Shown here one piece after another: positions 41,677 through 50,383 of a DNA stretch of 64,000 nt (position 1 is the first letter of the stretch; each line of letters opens with the position of its first letter). The translations under genes and the position numbers were made by a program. The DNA is from Candidatus Oxydemutatoraceae bacterium (GTDB taxonomy: Bacteria; Pseudomonadota; Gammaproteobacteria; Poriferisulfidales; Oxydemutatoraceae), in assembly GCA_965219575.1 (NCBI GenBank), contig OZ244779.1, positions 1,388,769-1,452,768 on the forward strand. Reading direction: 5' to 3'. The notes below the pieces were generated by a model. It did not search any database and was not told the origin of the DNA. It saw only the letters and a program-made list of their open reading frames with translations.

Positions 41677-41911
41677 GGGTTTAATATACCTGTCCGCCCG
41701 TAACGCGTTAGTCGGCACGATTTATACATTCATCCAGCCAATTTATGGAAACCAAAATCAAATGGCGCAAGCGGTTACAGTCGTGCAGAACGGTACTTAA
41801 GGGCAGACATGTCAGTCTGCCCCTACAGGTGGGTTGGATAATTATTCGGCGCATAGCGGTTGGGTTCGTGCAGAACGGTACTTTTTCAACAGCCCTTAAG
41901 GGTCTGCACAA

Positions 41912-42790
41912 ATGCAACAAACGGCGATACTATATGTTGATATGGCAGATAGGTGGTGCTATATTATCAAACACTCGGCGGAATTGACAGCCGAGCAAGT
42001 AAAGCATTTATCACAACATGGAGAGACGAAGATGGCATTAGAACATTTAGAGGAAGTATCCAAAGAAGAAAGGGAATATTGGAACGCTATGTCTCGAGAG
42101 AGACATGAGTGGGAATATCAATGGGAAAAACAAGGAATGATAGCAGAAGGAATGGAAATAGGGCGAGTTCAAGGCATACAAGAAGGTCGTGTTCAAGGTA
42201 TAGACGAAGGCCGCGCTCAAGGCATTGACGAAGGCCGCGCTGAGGGCATTGAGGAAAGTCTTGCTCGGAGTATTGAACAAGGTCAAGTAGAAGCACAGCA
42301 AGAAATCGCTTTGAATATGTTGCAAAAAAACTATGAGATTTCTGCGATTTCCGAGGTGATCGGTTTATCCACTACCGAGATTGAACAGTTAAAAAATAAA
42401 CATGGAGAGACGATGATGCCATTAAAATATCCAGTGGAAGTATCGGAGGAAGCTAGAGAGTATATGGCATCTCGAGCCCGATATGAATACAATTTAGACT
42501 ATGGATGGGAAAGGAAAAAGAAAAAGTGGTTAGATGAAGGTATAGAAAAAGGGTTAGCTCAAGGCATAGAAGAAGGACGCGTTGAAGGCATGGAAAGAGG
42601 GCGAGAGCAAGGTATGCACGAAGGTCGGGCTCAAGGTGTATATGAAGGTCTCATTCAAGGTACGAAAAAAGGTATGGGAGAGAGGCAGCGAAAAATCGCT
42701 TTGAACATGTTGCAGGAAGGTTATGAAGTTTCTGCGATTTCCGAAGTGACAGTTTTATCTGTTGCCGAGATTAACCAGCTGAAGAAATAG
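41912..42790 (+). CDS. Rpn C-terminal-only ORF containing two tandem C-terminal modules, no nuclease domain
   Basis: 41936-42066 is near-identical to 39903-40033; EG..EG repeats and two IALNMLQ...ISEV..LS motifs. Confidence 0.7.
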   Translation: MQQTAILYVDMADRWCYIIKHSAELTAEQVKHLSQHGETKMALEHLEEVSKEEREYWNAMSRERHEWEYQWEKQGMIAEGMEIGRVQGIQEGRVQGIDEGRAQGIDEGRAEGIEESLARSIEQGQVEAQQEIALNMLQKNYEISAISEVIGLSTTEIEQLKNKHGETMMPLKYPVEVSEEAREYMASRARYEYNLDYGWERKKKKWLDEGIEKGLAQGIEEGRVEGMERGREQGMHEGRAQGVYEGLIQGTKKGMGERQRKIALNMLQEGYEVSAISEVTVLSVAEINQLKK

Positions 42791-43042
42791 AACTGAACCA
42801 CAAGTACGATACTGGTACATTCCCCTTCTGTGGAGGGGTGGCCTATGCATTTTGCAATGTATGCGTTTAGCAATCATGTTCAGGTTCTGCATAATGTCAC
42901 GCCGATTGACCTACTGGTTCAATCGCCGGTTCTATTCAGCCTGACGGGGTGGGCGCAACTGCCTTGCCTCATAATATCTATAAACCATCGCATCGTATGC
43001 TAAAACAATTACATTAATTCATATTTGTTATAATCCCAATCT

Positions 43043-44125
43043 ATGGGTCTTCAATCTATCATATCGGCAGTGAGAGATAAGATACTTTCACGAAAAGACA
43101 AAGAAACACTAGGACAACATTCGCAGCATCCTAGAGAACACATAGAAGAAGTCATCAAAAATGAAATCAGTCTTTCCATACCTGGGTTTGTAAAATATAC
43201 CCGTACTTCTACTACTGTCGCAAAAGGTGTTAAGGAAAGTAGCCCGGTATATGGCAAAACGATAAAAGAGGAGAGGGATGATGCTCAACATAATCACAGG
43301 CAGAACGATGCAGGCTATTACAACAATCAAGGGATTGCTAAAGCTAATACAGGGGATTATGAAGGAGCGATTGCAGATTATGACAAGGCGATTGCATTAG
43401 AACCAGATAATGCCGATGCTTATATTTTGCGAGAGTTTGCTAGGTATCACTTACAGGATTATAAGAGGGCAATTGAAGATTATGATAAAGCGATTGAGTT
43501 AGTTCCTGATAATGCTCGAACTTACAATATTCGAGGGCTTGTTAAGAGTATATTAAAAGATTATAAGGAGGCGATTCAGGATTTTGATAAGGCGATTGGG
43601 TTAGAACCAGATAATGCTGGGGTTTACGCTTCCCGAGGGTCTGCTAAAAATAGTTTAGGAGACCATAAAGGAGCGATTGCAGACTATGACAAAGCGATTG
43701 CATTGGAACCAGATAATGCTGGGGTTTATGTTTCCCGAGCATCTGCTAAAGCTAGCACAGGAGACCATAAAAGAGTGATTGCGGATTACGACAAAGCGAT
43801 TGTATTAGAACCAGATAATACCAATGCTTATGTTTTCCAGGGAATTGCTAAGTATAAATTAAAAGATTATAAAGGAGCGATTGCGGACTATGACAAGGCG
43901 ATTGTATTAGAACCAGATAATGCCGATGCCTATATTTACCGAGGGATCGCCGAGTATAACCTAAAGGATTTTAAGAGGGCAATTGAAGATCACGATAAGG
44001 CGATTGAGTTAGAGCCGGACGCGATTCATGCTTATGCTTCCCGAGGAATTATTGAGATCGTGACAAAACGCTATAGGGAAGGAATGCAGGACTTTAAGAC
44101 GGCAATCAAACTGAAATACTTTTGA
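43043..44125 (+). CDS. TPR-repeat protein
   Basis: About eight 34-aa AIADYDKAI.LEPDNA repeats with a 102-bp DNA period. Confidence 0.85.
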   Translation: MGLQSIISAVRDKILSRKDKETLGQHSQHPREHIEEVIKNEISLSIPGFVKYTRTSTTVAKGVKESSPVYGKTIKEERDDAQHNHRQNDAGYYNNQGIAKANTGDYEGAIADYDKAIALEPDNADAYILREFARYHLQDYKRAIEDYDKAIELVPDNARTYNIRGLVKSILKDYKEAIQDFDKAIGLEPDNAGVYASRGSAKNSLGDHKGAIADYDKAIALEPDNAGVYVSRASAKASTGDHKRVIADYDKAIVLEPDNTNAYVFQGIAKYKLKDYKGAIADYDKAIVLEPDNADAYIYRGIAEYNLKDFKRAIEDHDKAIELEPDAIHAYASRGIIEIVTKRYREGMQDFKTAIKLKYF

Positions 44126-44252
44126 TTCGTGCCAACGGGTACGAACTAATCATAGGTCTTTGTTCTTGTTCTTGAACGGCTTTTATAATCTTGGTAGGCA
44201 TTAATGTCATTTCCTAAGTTGTCGTTTAGTTTCTAATTTTCTATAATTAATT

Positions 44253-44996
44253 TTAATTGCGCTCCAGTATTATAGGTATCTCGTCCCAGATGTTTCCGCT
44301 AAGGGTTCTGCCATTAACCTTTTTGTTACGGCTCTGCCCATCTTCACCCCAACGTCCCCACTGTTTGAAGAAAAATGGAACCTTGCGTTTTTTGCATTGC
44401 TTTTGGATTGAGGTCACCCAAGCCTTGTTCATCAATCTAGCCTTATGCCCGGACTCACCACCGACAATGACCCAGTGAATACCATCTAAATCTAATACGC
44501 CTAAATCTTCTAATAAAGGTTCTATAGACAAAAATCTTATTTTTGCTGCAATCTCTCGCAGTATGGGTATTCTTGGAAGACCATGTTTCCTGTTTTCTAC
44601 TGAAACGCCAAGCCATATATTGTCGGGAATGACACGCCGAGAAAAGTATTTTGCCATAATCTTAGGTCGTTTGGTTAGAACCTGATAGGTGTGTTGCGGT
44701 GTGTTGTGTATTGTCTCCATAACACGGTCGATAAAATCAAACGGAACATGAGGATGGAATAAATCGCTCATTGAGTTCATAAAATATATCGTGGGTATTT
44801 TACGCAGTATCGGTTGCCTTAAGCGTTCCGCATGGCATGACACATCAAAGCCGTTTTTATAACCGGCAACCCCCATTGCTCGCAACCGTCTCGCCATCAC
44901 TTCGGCATAGCAGTACTTGCATCCTGCCGATATTTTCGTGCAACCGGTAACAGGGTTCCAAGTGCGCTCCGTCCATTCAATCTTTGAGTTTTTCAT
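44253..44996 (-). CDS. DUF5131 (phage Gp37/Gp68-like) three-Cys-motif protein
   Basis: IEWTERTWNPVTGCTKISAGCKYCYA, NSMSDLFH, LTKRP, WVIVGGESG, FFFKQWG; ATGA overlap with the upstream gene. Confidence 0.9.
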   Translation of the reverse strand: MKNSKIEWTERTWNPVTGCTKISAGCKYCYAEVMARRLRAMGVAGYKNGFDVSCHAERLRQPILRKIPTIYFMNSMSDLFHPHVPFDFIDRVMETIHNTPQHTYQVLTKRPKIMAKYFSRRVIPDNIWLGVSVENRKHGLPRIPILREIAAKIRFLSIEPLLEDLGVLDLDGIHWVIVGGESGHKARLMNKAWVTSIQKQCKKRKVPFFFKQWGRWGEDGQSRNKKVNGRTLSGNIWDEIPIILERN

Positions 44997-46039
44997 GGAT
45001 TTAGGCATATTTCAATTTTATTAAAATTCTCTTTTTTATCATTTAAGTAGAATGAGCCTTTTCTTCTTTTCGGATGAGGAGGGATAAGAGAAATATGTAA
45101 TCTTTCATCTTTTTCCATTTGGTTTAGCAGAGGATTAACCTCTGTCGGCAAGTGTCCTTTCCTAAGCATTTCATCCAACAATTTTGTATTGCTTATGGGT
45201 TCTTGAAGCAGGTCAAGAAGATCTCTTTTAATTTCATCCTTGCTGAAATCGAAAAAAGTTAGTTGTTTTAGCAGTTTAGCTTTTAACGTATTTTTTGCTT
45301 CCAAAAACTTCTTTGCACCAAGCTGATTTTTGGTAATAAAAAACAAATGGTGCGTGCTTGATCCATTTTTATTTTCTAGTTTATAGCCGTATCCATAGTC
45401 GGATTGTGCCTTTTGTTTCAGTCCTGCTAACAATTCAGCAGAAAAGATGTCATAGTCGGGTTTGCTTAATGTGCTTGGGTTAACGTCTAAGTCTAAAGCA
45501 AACCGGTGAGCAGGATTATCTTCCTTACCATGAAATCTATAGATATGACTGGTTGGCATAAAGATTAAATAATCAATACGGCTTAAGTCTAGTAAACGAG
45601 CTAAGTTTTCTCTTGTATATTGGGTATAGCCGTATGGGTCTATAAAAATCAGGCTATGTATCTCTCCATGCTTTGGTAAAAACTTGATTATTTCATCTAG
45701 AAAATTGTTAGCATCCATATTAAAAATTTTCACAAAATCCGAGTAGAGCTCCATTGACTTTTTGAGTCTCTGATATTTTTCAGGTTTTATTTCGTTAAGA
45801 AATAAAGAAATGTCTTTTTCTAATCTATTTTTTTTTATTGTCTCTGCCTCTCTAAATTTCTTTATGATCTCTGCTGCCACTATTGCACTTCCTTTTTCTC
45901 CGCCAGAGTATATTCCTTCGCCTGCGAACGGTTCCCACACAGCAATGTCCCAATGTGATACATTACACATAACCGAGAGATAATTAGTTAGGTATTCTTT
46001 ATATACAGATAGCTTTTCTTTTGTGTGTTCTGGTTGCAT
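44993..46039 (-). CDS. Three-Cys-motif partner protein (TcmP-like, methyltransferase-like fold)
   Basis: HTKEKL..Y..YL, FAGEG, MDAN, FIDPYG motifs; coupled to DUF5131. Confidence 0.75.
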   Translation of the reverse strand: MQPEHTKEKLSVYKEYLTNYLSVMCNVSHWDIAVWEPFAGEGIYSGGEKGSAIVAAEIIKKFREAETIKKNRLEKDISLFLNEIKPEKYQRLKKSMELYSDFVKIFNMDANNFLDEIIKFLPKHGEIHSLIFIDPYGYTQYTRENLARLLDLSRIDYLIFMPTSHIYRFHGKEDNPAHRFALDLDVNPSTLSKPDYDIFSAELLAGLKQKAQSDYGYGYKLENKNGSSTHHLFFITKNQLGAKKFLEAKNTLKAKLLKQLTFFDFSKDEIKRDLLDLLQEPISNTKLLDEMLRKGHLPTEVNPLLNQMEKDERLHISLIPPHPKRRKGSFYLNDKKENFNKIEICLNP

Positions 46040-46296
46040 TTGGGTAGTTTTACGCTGTTTTAGAATGATCTTAAAAGCTAATTGTCACATAAAAAATGCG
46101 ATAACACCATAAAAATTTGTTATATCACCCGTCGCGAGATAGTATCGGCAAACTAGCAGATTGCTTGACATTCGGGCTTAAGGCACATACGATAATGCGA
46201 CAATAATTATCAATCCTGCGTTTAATTAGTTGCTTCTTCCGAAAAACAGTTTCAATTTACTAAAATCTCAGTAGCTTTATCCAGCGGGACAGGTTA

Positions 46297-48477
46297 ATGA
46301 ACATACAGATACACGAACAACTTAAAGCTAAAATCTGGGAAATCGCCAATCGGCTCAGAGGGCCATACAGACCACCTCAATACCGTTTGGTTATGCTTCC
46401 TATGGTTGTCTTGCGTCGGCTTGATTGTGTTTTGGAGCCGACTAAGGATGCCGTTTTGAAAAAACATAAAAAATTGGAAGCGAAAGGGACTCCACAAGAA
46501 GCAATGAAACTGGAGCTTGGCAAGGCTGCTGCTGACTCCCAGCGAGATTATCCGTTCTATAACACCAGCCCCTACACCTTTGTTAAACTACTCGGCGATC
46601 CCGACAACATTGCGCCGAACCTCGTATCCTACATCAACGGTTTTTCCTCGACCGCACGAGATATTTTCGAGCGTTTCAAATTCACCGATCAAATCGAAAA
46701 ATTAGATGCCAGCAACCGCCTATTCACAATCGTCAAAGCAATGGCTGATGTTGATCTTCACCCGGACAGGATTGATAACTTACAAATGGGTTACTTGTTT
46801 GAGCATCTAGTGATGCGCTTCAACGAACAGGCTAACGAAGAGGCAGGAGACCACTTCACGCCACGCGAGGTCATTCGCCTGATGGCGAACCTTATCTATG
46901 CCGGAGAGCAGGATGTTTATAAGCCCGGCATTTACCGCAGGATCTACGATCCGGCATGTGGAACAGGGGGCATGCTATCCGAGTCTGCAAAACTGATCCG
47001 ATCTCAGAACGAACAGGCACACCTTGAACTTTTCGGTCAGGAATACAACGCCGAGTCATGGGCAATCTGTTGCTCGGATATGCTTATCAAAGATGAGAAC
47101 ATTGAGAATATTGTCTTTGGTGACACCTTAGGCGATGGCAAGACAGCAGATGGGTTTAAGGGAAGACAGTTTCATTATCTAATGGCAAATCCACCCTTCG
47201 GGGTTGAATGGAAAGACCAGGAACATGCAGTGAAAAACGAGCACAAAACTATGGGCATCTCCGGTCGTTTCGGTGCCGGGTTGCCGAACATCAACGACGG
47301 CTCGCTTCTTTTTCTTCAACACATGATTTCTAAGATGTATCCTTATATTGAAGGGGACGAGAATCGACTGGGTTCCAAAATTGGTATCGTTTTCAATGGT
47401 TCACCACTGTTTTCCGGCGATGCCGGATCCGGACCTTCCAACATTCGTCGCTGGATTATAGAGAACGACTGGTTGGATGCTATCGTTGCTCTGCCCGACC
47501 AGCTTTTCTACAACACCGGTATATTTACCTATATTTGGCTTGTGACGAATCGTAAGCCATCCGAGCGACGCGGCAAGGTGCAACTTATAGACGGCACGCG
47601 CTTCTTCGGGAAAATGAAAAAAAGCCTCAACAACAAGCGCAACGAAATCACCGAGGAACAAATCGATCAACTAACTCGCGTCTATGGCAACTATCAGGAC
47701 GGTGAGACTGCCGAAGTGCAGGTGAACGGAGAAAAGGAAACCCGGGTTATCTGCCGTATTTTTGAAAACCATGAGTTTGGCTTTCTGAAGGTGACCGTTA
47801 ATCGTCCTCTGCGCATGAACTTTGAAGCGACAGCGGAGCGTATTGCTAAGCTCAATACGCAAAAAGCCTTTGAAAATCTGGCAATCTCAAAGAAGCGTAA
47901 GGATGCGGCAGCAGCCAAACGCGAAATCAAAGAAGGACGCAAACAGCAAGAAGCTATACGCGCGATCCTCAAGACACTTGAAGGCAATGGATGTTATAAG
48001 GATCGCACACTGTTTGAAGCCGATATGATGGAGGCTGCAAGCCAAGCAGACATTAAAATTTCTGCCTCGATTAAGAAAGTGATTTTTGTAGCCCTCGGTG
48101 AGTGCGACCCGAATGCCGAGATTTGCCTAGATAAAAAAGGGAAACCGGAACCGGATAGCGAACTTCGAGACACCGAGAATATCCCTTTGCCACCCGACAC
48201 AGAGCTACCTCTTCCGATGGATTTCGGGCCGGACAAGCCCAACGACCAATTAGTTGAGACTTTCCGAGACGACATTGATGCTTGGATCGCACGCGAAGTA
48301 TTGCCTCATGTGCCCGATGCCTGGGTGGACTACGAAAAAACTAAGGTCGGCTACGAAATCCCGATTAACCGACATTTCTATGTGTACAAGCCACCACGCC
48401 CACTGGAGGAGATAGAAGCGGACATTACACGGCTTGAAGAAGAGATTGCCGGGCTACTGAAGGGACTAGTGACATGA
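46297..48477 (+). CDS. hsdM: Type I restriction-modification methyltransferase subunit
   Basis: IWEIANRLRG, GDHFTPREVI, YDPACGTGGML, ANPPFG, LFYNTGI. Confidence 0.95.
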   Translation: MNIQIHEQLKAKIWEIANRLRGPYRPPQYRLVMLPMVVLRRLDCVLEPTKDAVLKKHKKLEAKGTPQEAMKLELGKAAADSQRDYPFYNTSPYTFVKLLGDPDNIAPNLVSYINGFSSTARDIFERFKFTDQIEKLDASNRLFTIVKAMADVDLHPDRIDNLQMGYLFEHLVMRFNEQANEEAGDHFTPREVIRLMANLIYAGEQDVYKPGIYRRIYDPACGTGGMLSESAKLIRSQNEQAHLELFGQEYNAESWAICCSDMLIKDENIENIVFGDTLGDGKTADGFKGRQFHYLMANPPFGVEWKDQEHAVKNEHKTMGISGRFGAGLPNINDGSLLFLQHMISKMYPYIEGDENRLGSKIGIVFNGSPLFSGDAGSGPSNIRRWIIENDWLDAIVALPDQLFYNTGIFTYIWLVTNRKPSERRGKVQLIDGTRFFGKMKKSLNNKRNEITEEQIDQLTRVYGNYQDGETAEVQVNGEKETRVICRIFENHEFGFLKVTVNRPLRMNFEATAERIAKLNTQKAFENLAISKKRKDAAAAKREIKEGRKQQEAIRAILKTLEGNGCYKDRTLFEADMMEAASQADIKISASIKKVIFVALGECDPNAEICLDKKGKPEPDSELRDTENIPLPPDTELPLPMDFGPDKPNDQLVETFRDDIDAWIAREVLPHVPDAWVDYEKTKVGYEIPINRHFYVYKPPRPLEEIEADITRLEEEIAGLLKGLVT

Positions 48478-49787
48478 CTGTATCAATACCTCAAACGAAT
48501 GTGTTTACACAATTAACCTCTTTGCCCGAAAACTGGCAACGAAAGCGATTACGGTATCTGTCCACTAAGCCGATTAAAAATGGACTGGGAGAAGCTGCGG
48601 ATCATTATAACCCCAATCATCCACGCTATATTAGGATTACCGATATAGCTGGGCCAAGACATCTACATTCAGAAACGTTCTGTAGTTTGCCACCAGAAAT
48701 AGCTTCTGAAGCATTATTGGATAAAGATGACATTCTCATTTCAGCAGTAGGTGCAACTTACGGAAAGTCATTTTATGCAAAAGAACTGAACGAAGACGCA
48801 TGCTTTGCCGGATATCTAGTACGATTGTCGGCGATACCGGAGGTTAATCCTTCTTTCTTGGCTTACTGGACCGAAAGTCGTGACTATTGGGCACAAGTTG
48901 ATGCCAACGTTATACAAGCAACTATACAAAACTTTAGTGCTTCTAAAGTCCGCCATTTAAGTGCGCCATTTCCTCCACTTGATACCCAGCAGCAGATTGC
49001 ACGGTTTTTGGATGACAAAACTGCGCGTATTGATGGGTTGATTGAAAAGAAGCGCGAGCTTCTGGAATGTTTAGCCGAGAAACGCCAAGCCCTTATTACC
49101 CGTGCGGTTACCAGAGGCATTGACCCCGATACCCCGATGAAGCCTTCCAACATCAGTCTAGCGAGTGATAGCTCTGCAAATCAGACTGATTGGGCGGCAC
49201 AAGTCCCGGAAGGGTGGGATAGCAATTGGCTAAAGTGGTCGGTCAATCTGTCCATGAAGCACTCAAAAGTAGAAGAGCAGGAGACACTTCCATATATCTC
49301 CAACGAGAATATTGCGTCGTGGACAGGAAAACTTCTGGTTGAGGAGCTGAAGCCGACTGAAACGAACAGTCGCATGTTTCGGAAAAATGATGTTCTGTTC
49401 AATAAACTTCGCCCTTACCTTGCTAAGGTTTATCACGCGACTTTTGATGGTGCGAGTTCAAGTGAATTGCTTTGTTTACGCCCATCAAATGTCGTTGAAT
49501 CTCGTTTCCTTTTTTATGTGCTTTCATCCAAGAAATTCATTGACACAATCAATGCGGAAACTTTTGGTGCCAAAATGCCTCGTGCAAACTGGGAAATCGT
49601 AAGTCATCAGTCGTTTCCGCTTCCTCCGCTCAACATCCAAAAGCAGATTGCCCGATTTTTGGATGAGAAAACTACTCAAATTGACCAGACCGTTGAAAAA
49701 GTTGAAGACAGCATTACACAGATGGAAGAGTACAGATCGGCACTTATCACTGCCGCCGTCACAGGGCAACTCCCGGAGCTAAAATGA
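48474..49787 (+). CDS. hsdS: Type I R-M specificity subunit
   Basis: Two variable regions each followed by PPL..Q.QIARFLD.KT..ID; ALIT.AVT. Confidence 0.93.
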   Translation: MTVSIPQTNVFTQLTSLPENWQRKRLRYLSTKPIKNGLGEAADHYNPNHPRYIRITDIAGPRHLHSETFCSLPPEIASEALLDKDDILISAVGATYGKSFYAKELNEDACFAGYLVRLSAIPEVNPSFLAYWTESRDYWAQVDANVIQATIQNFSASKVRHLSAPFPPLDTQQQIARFLDDKTARIDGLIEKKRELLECLAEKRQALITRAVTRGIDPDTPMKPSNISLASDSSANQTDWAAQVPEGWDSNWLKWSVNLSMKHSKVEEQETLPYISNENIASWTGKLLVEELKPTETNSRMFRKNDVLFNKLRPYLAKVYHATFDGASSSELLCLRPSNVVESRFLFYVLSSKKFIDTINAETFGAKMPRANWEIVSHQSFPLPPLNIQKQIARFLDEKTTQIDQTVEKVEDSITQMEEYRSALITAAVTGQLPELK

Positions 49788-50380
49788 GCCTTGATGCAAA
49801 AACATATTTCAATCATCTCAAAGCCTATGTGAATGACGATTACATAGTACACAAGGGCATTGGTGGTGAGGTAGTTCTTAAAGAGAAGTACTTCCTAGAG
49901 AAAAGCAGGAAGGCCAAAACCCGAGAGCTTCGCCTTTTTCTGCCTGGACCAGGCCTCGTCTTCAAACTTGATTTTGATAAAAAAAAGATTAAACCACCGC
50001 TATTCCATTTTCTTGACGACACTGCGAAGCCTTGGTCGAAACGCTGCGATTTTGTGATATTTTATGTGAAACAAAGAATGTTTTGTGCTGACTGTATTGA
50101 GTTTAAGTCAGGGAGTATTGCTGGAAATACAGTAAAAGAACAGCTTCAAGCAGGTACTTGTTGGGTGCGGTCCCTTAAAAGGACAATTGAACACTATACT
50201 AAATACACTCGGAGAATCCATGTAAGAAAATTCCTATTTGGAGACAGGATTGACACAGGTGCGTATCTAAATTCTGACCGGCAACTCAATGCTGATCCGT
50301 CCATTCGCTATTATCATTTTGATGAAGTGCGAGGGCAGCACTTAGACCGCCTCCAGAACGCTTCACATGAGGAGATTTGA
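49784..50380 (+). CDS. Hypothetical protein with PD-(D/E)XK-like motif
   Basis: KRCDFVIF...CIEFKSG...EQL; ATGA overlap with hsdS. Confidence 0.55.
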   Translation: MSLDAKTYFNHLKAYVNDDYIVHKGIGGEVVLKEKYFLEKSRKAKTRELRLFLPGPGLVFKLDFDKKKIKPPLFHFLDDTAKPWSKRCDFVIFYVKQRMFCADCIEFKSGSIAGNTVKEQLQAGTCWVRSLKRTIEHYTKYTRRIHVRKFLFGDRIDTGAYLNSDRQLNADPSIRYYHFDEVRGQHLDRLQNASHEEI

Positions 50381-50383
50381 CCC

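Larger units (their letters stand above)
40364..41692 (-). mobile_element. IS110-family insertion sequence with CA core (TG on + strand at 40364-40365 and 41691-41692)
   Basis: Ends defined by the interrupted REP hairpin; 2-bp core at both junctions; no long TIR; ~270-bp non-coding left end upstream of the recombinase. Confidence 0.92.
40319..41895. repeat. REP-containing MITE-like repeat copy, interrupted by IS110
   Basis: Left part 40319-40365 and right part 41691-41895 rejoin to give a copy closely similar to the intact one at 55791-56041. Confidence 0.9.

Noticed and set aside
44253-44996. Phage Gp37/Gp68-like gene as evidence of a prophage
   Set aside because: No structural, terminase, integrase or replication genes nearby.
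48474-49787. Phase-variable hsdS shufflon
   Set aside because: Single hsdS, with no silent TRD copies, invertase or obvious simple-sequence repeat tract.
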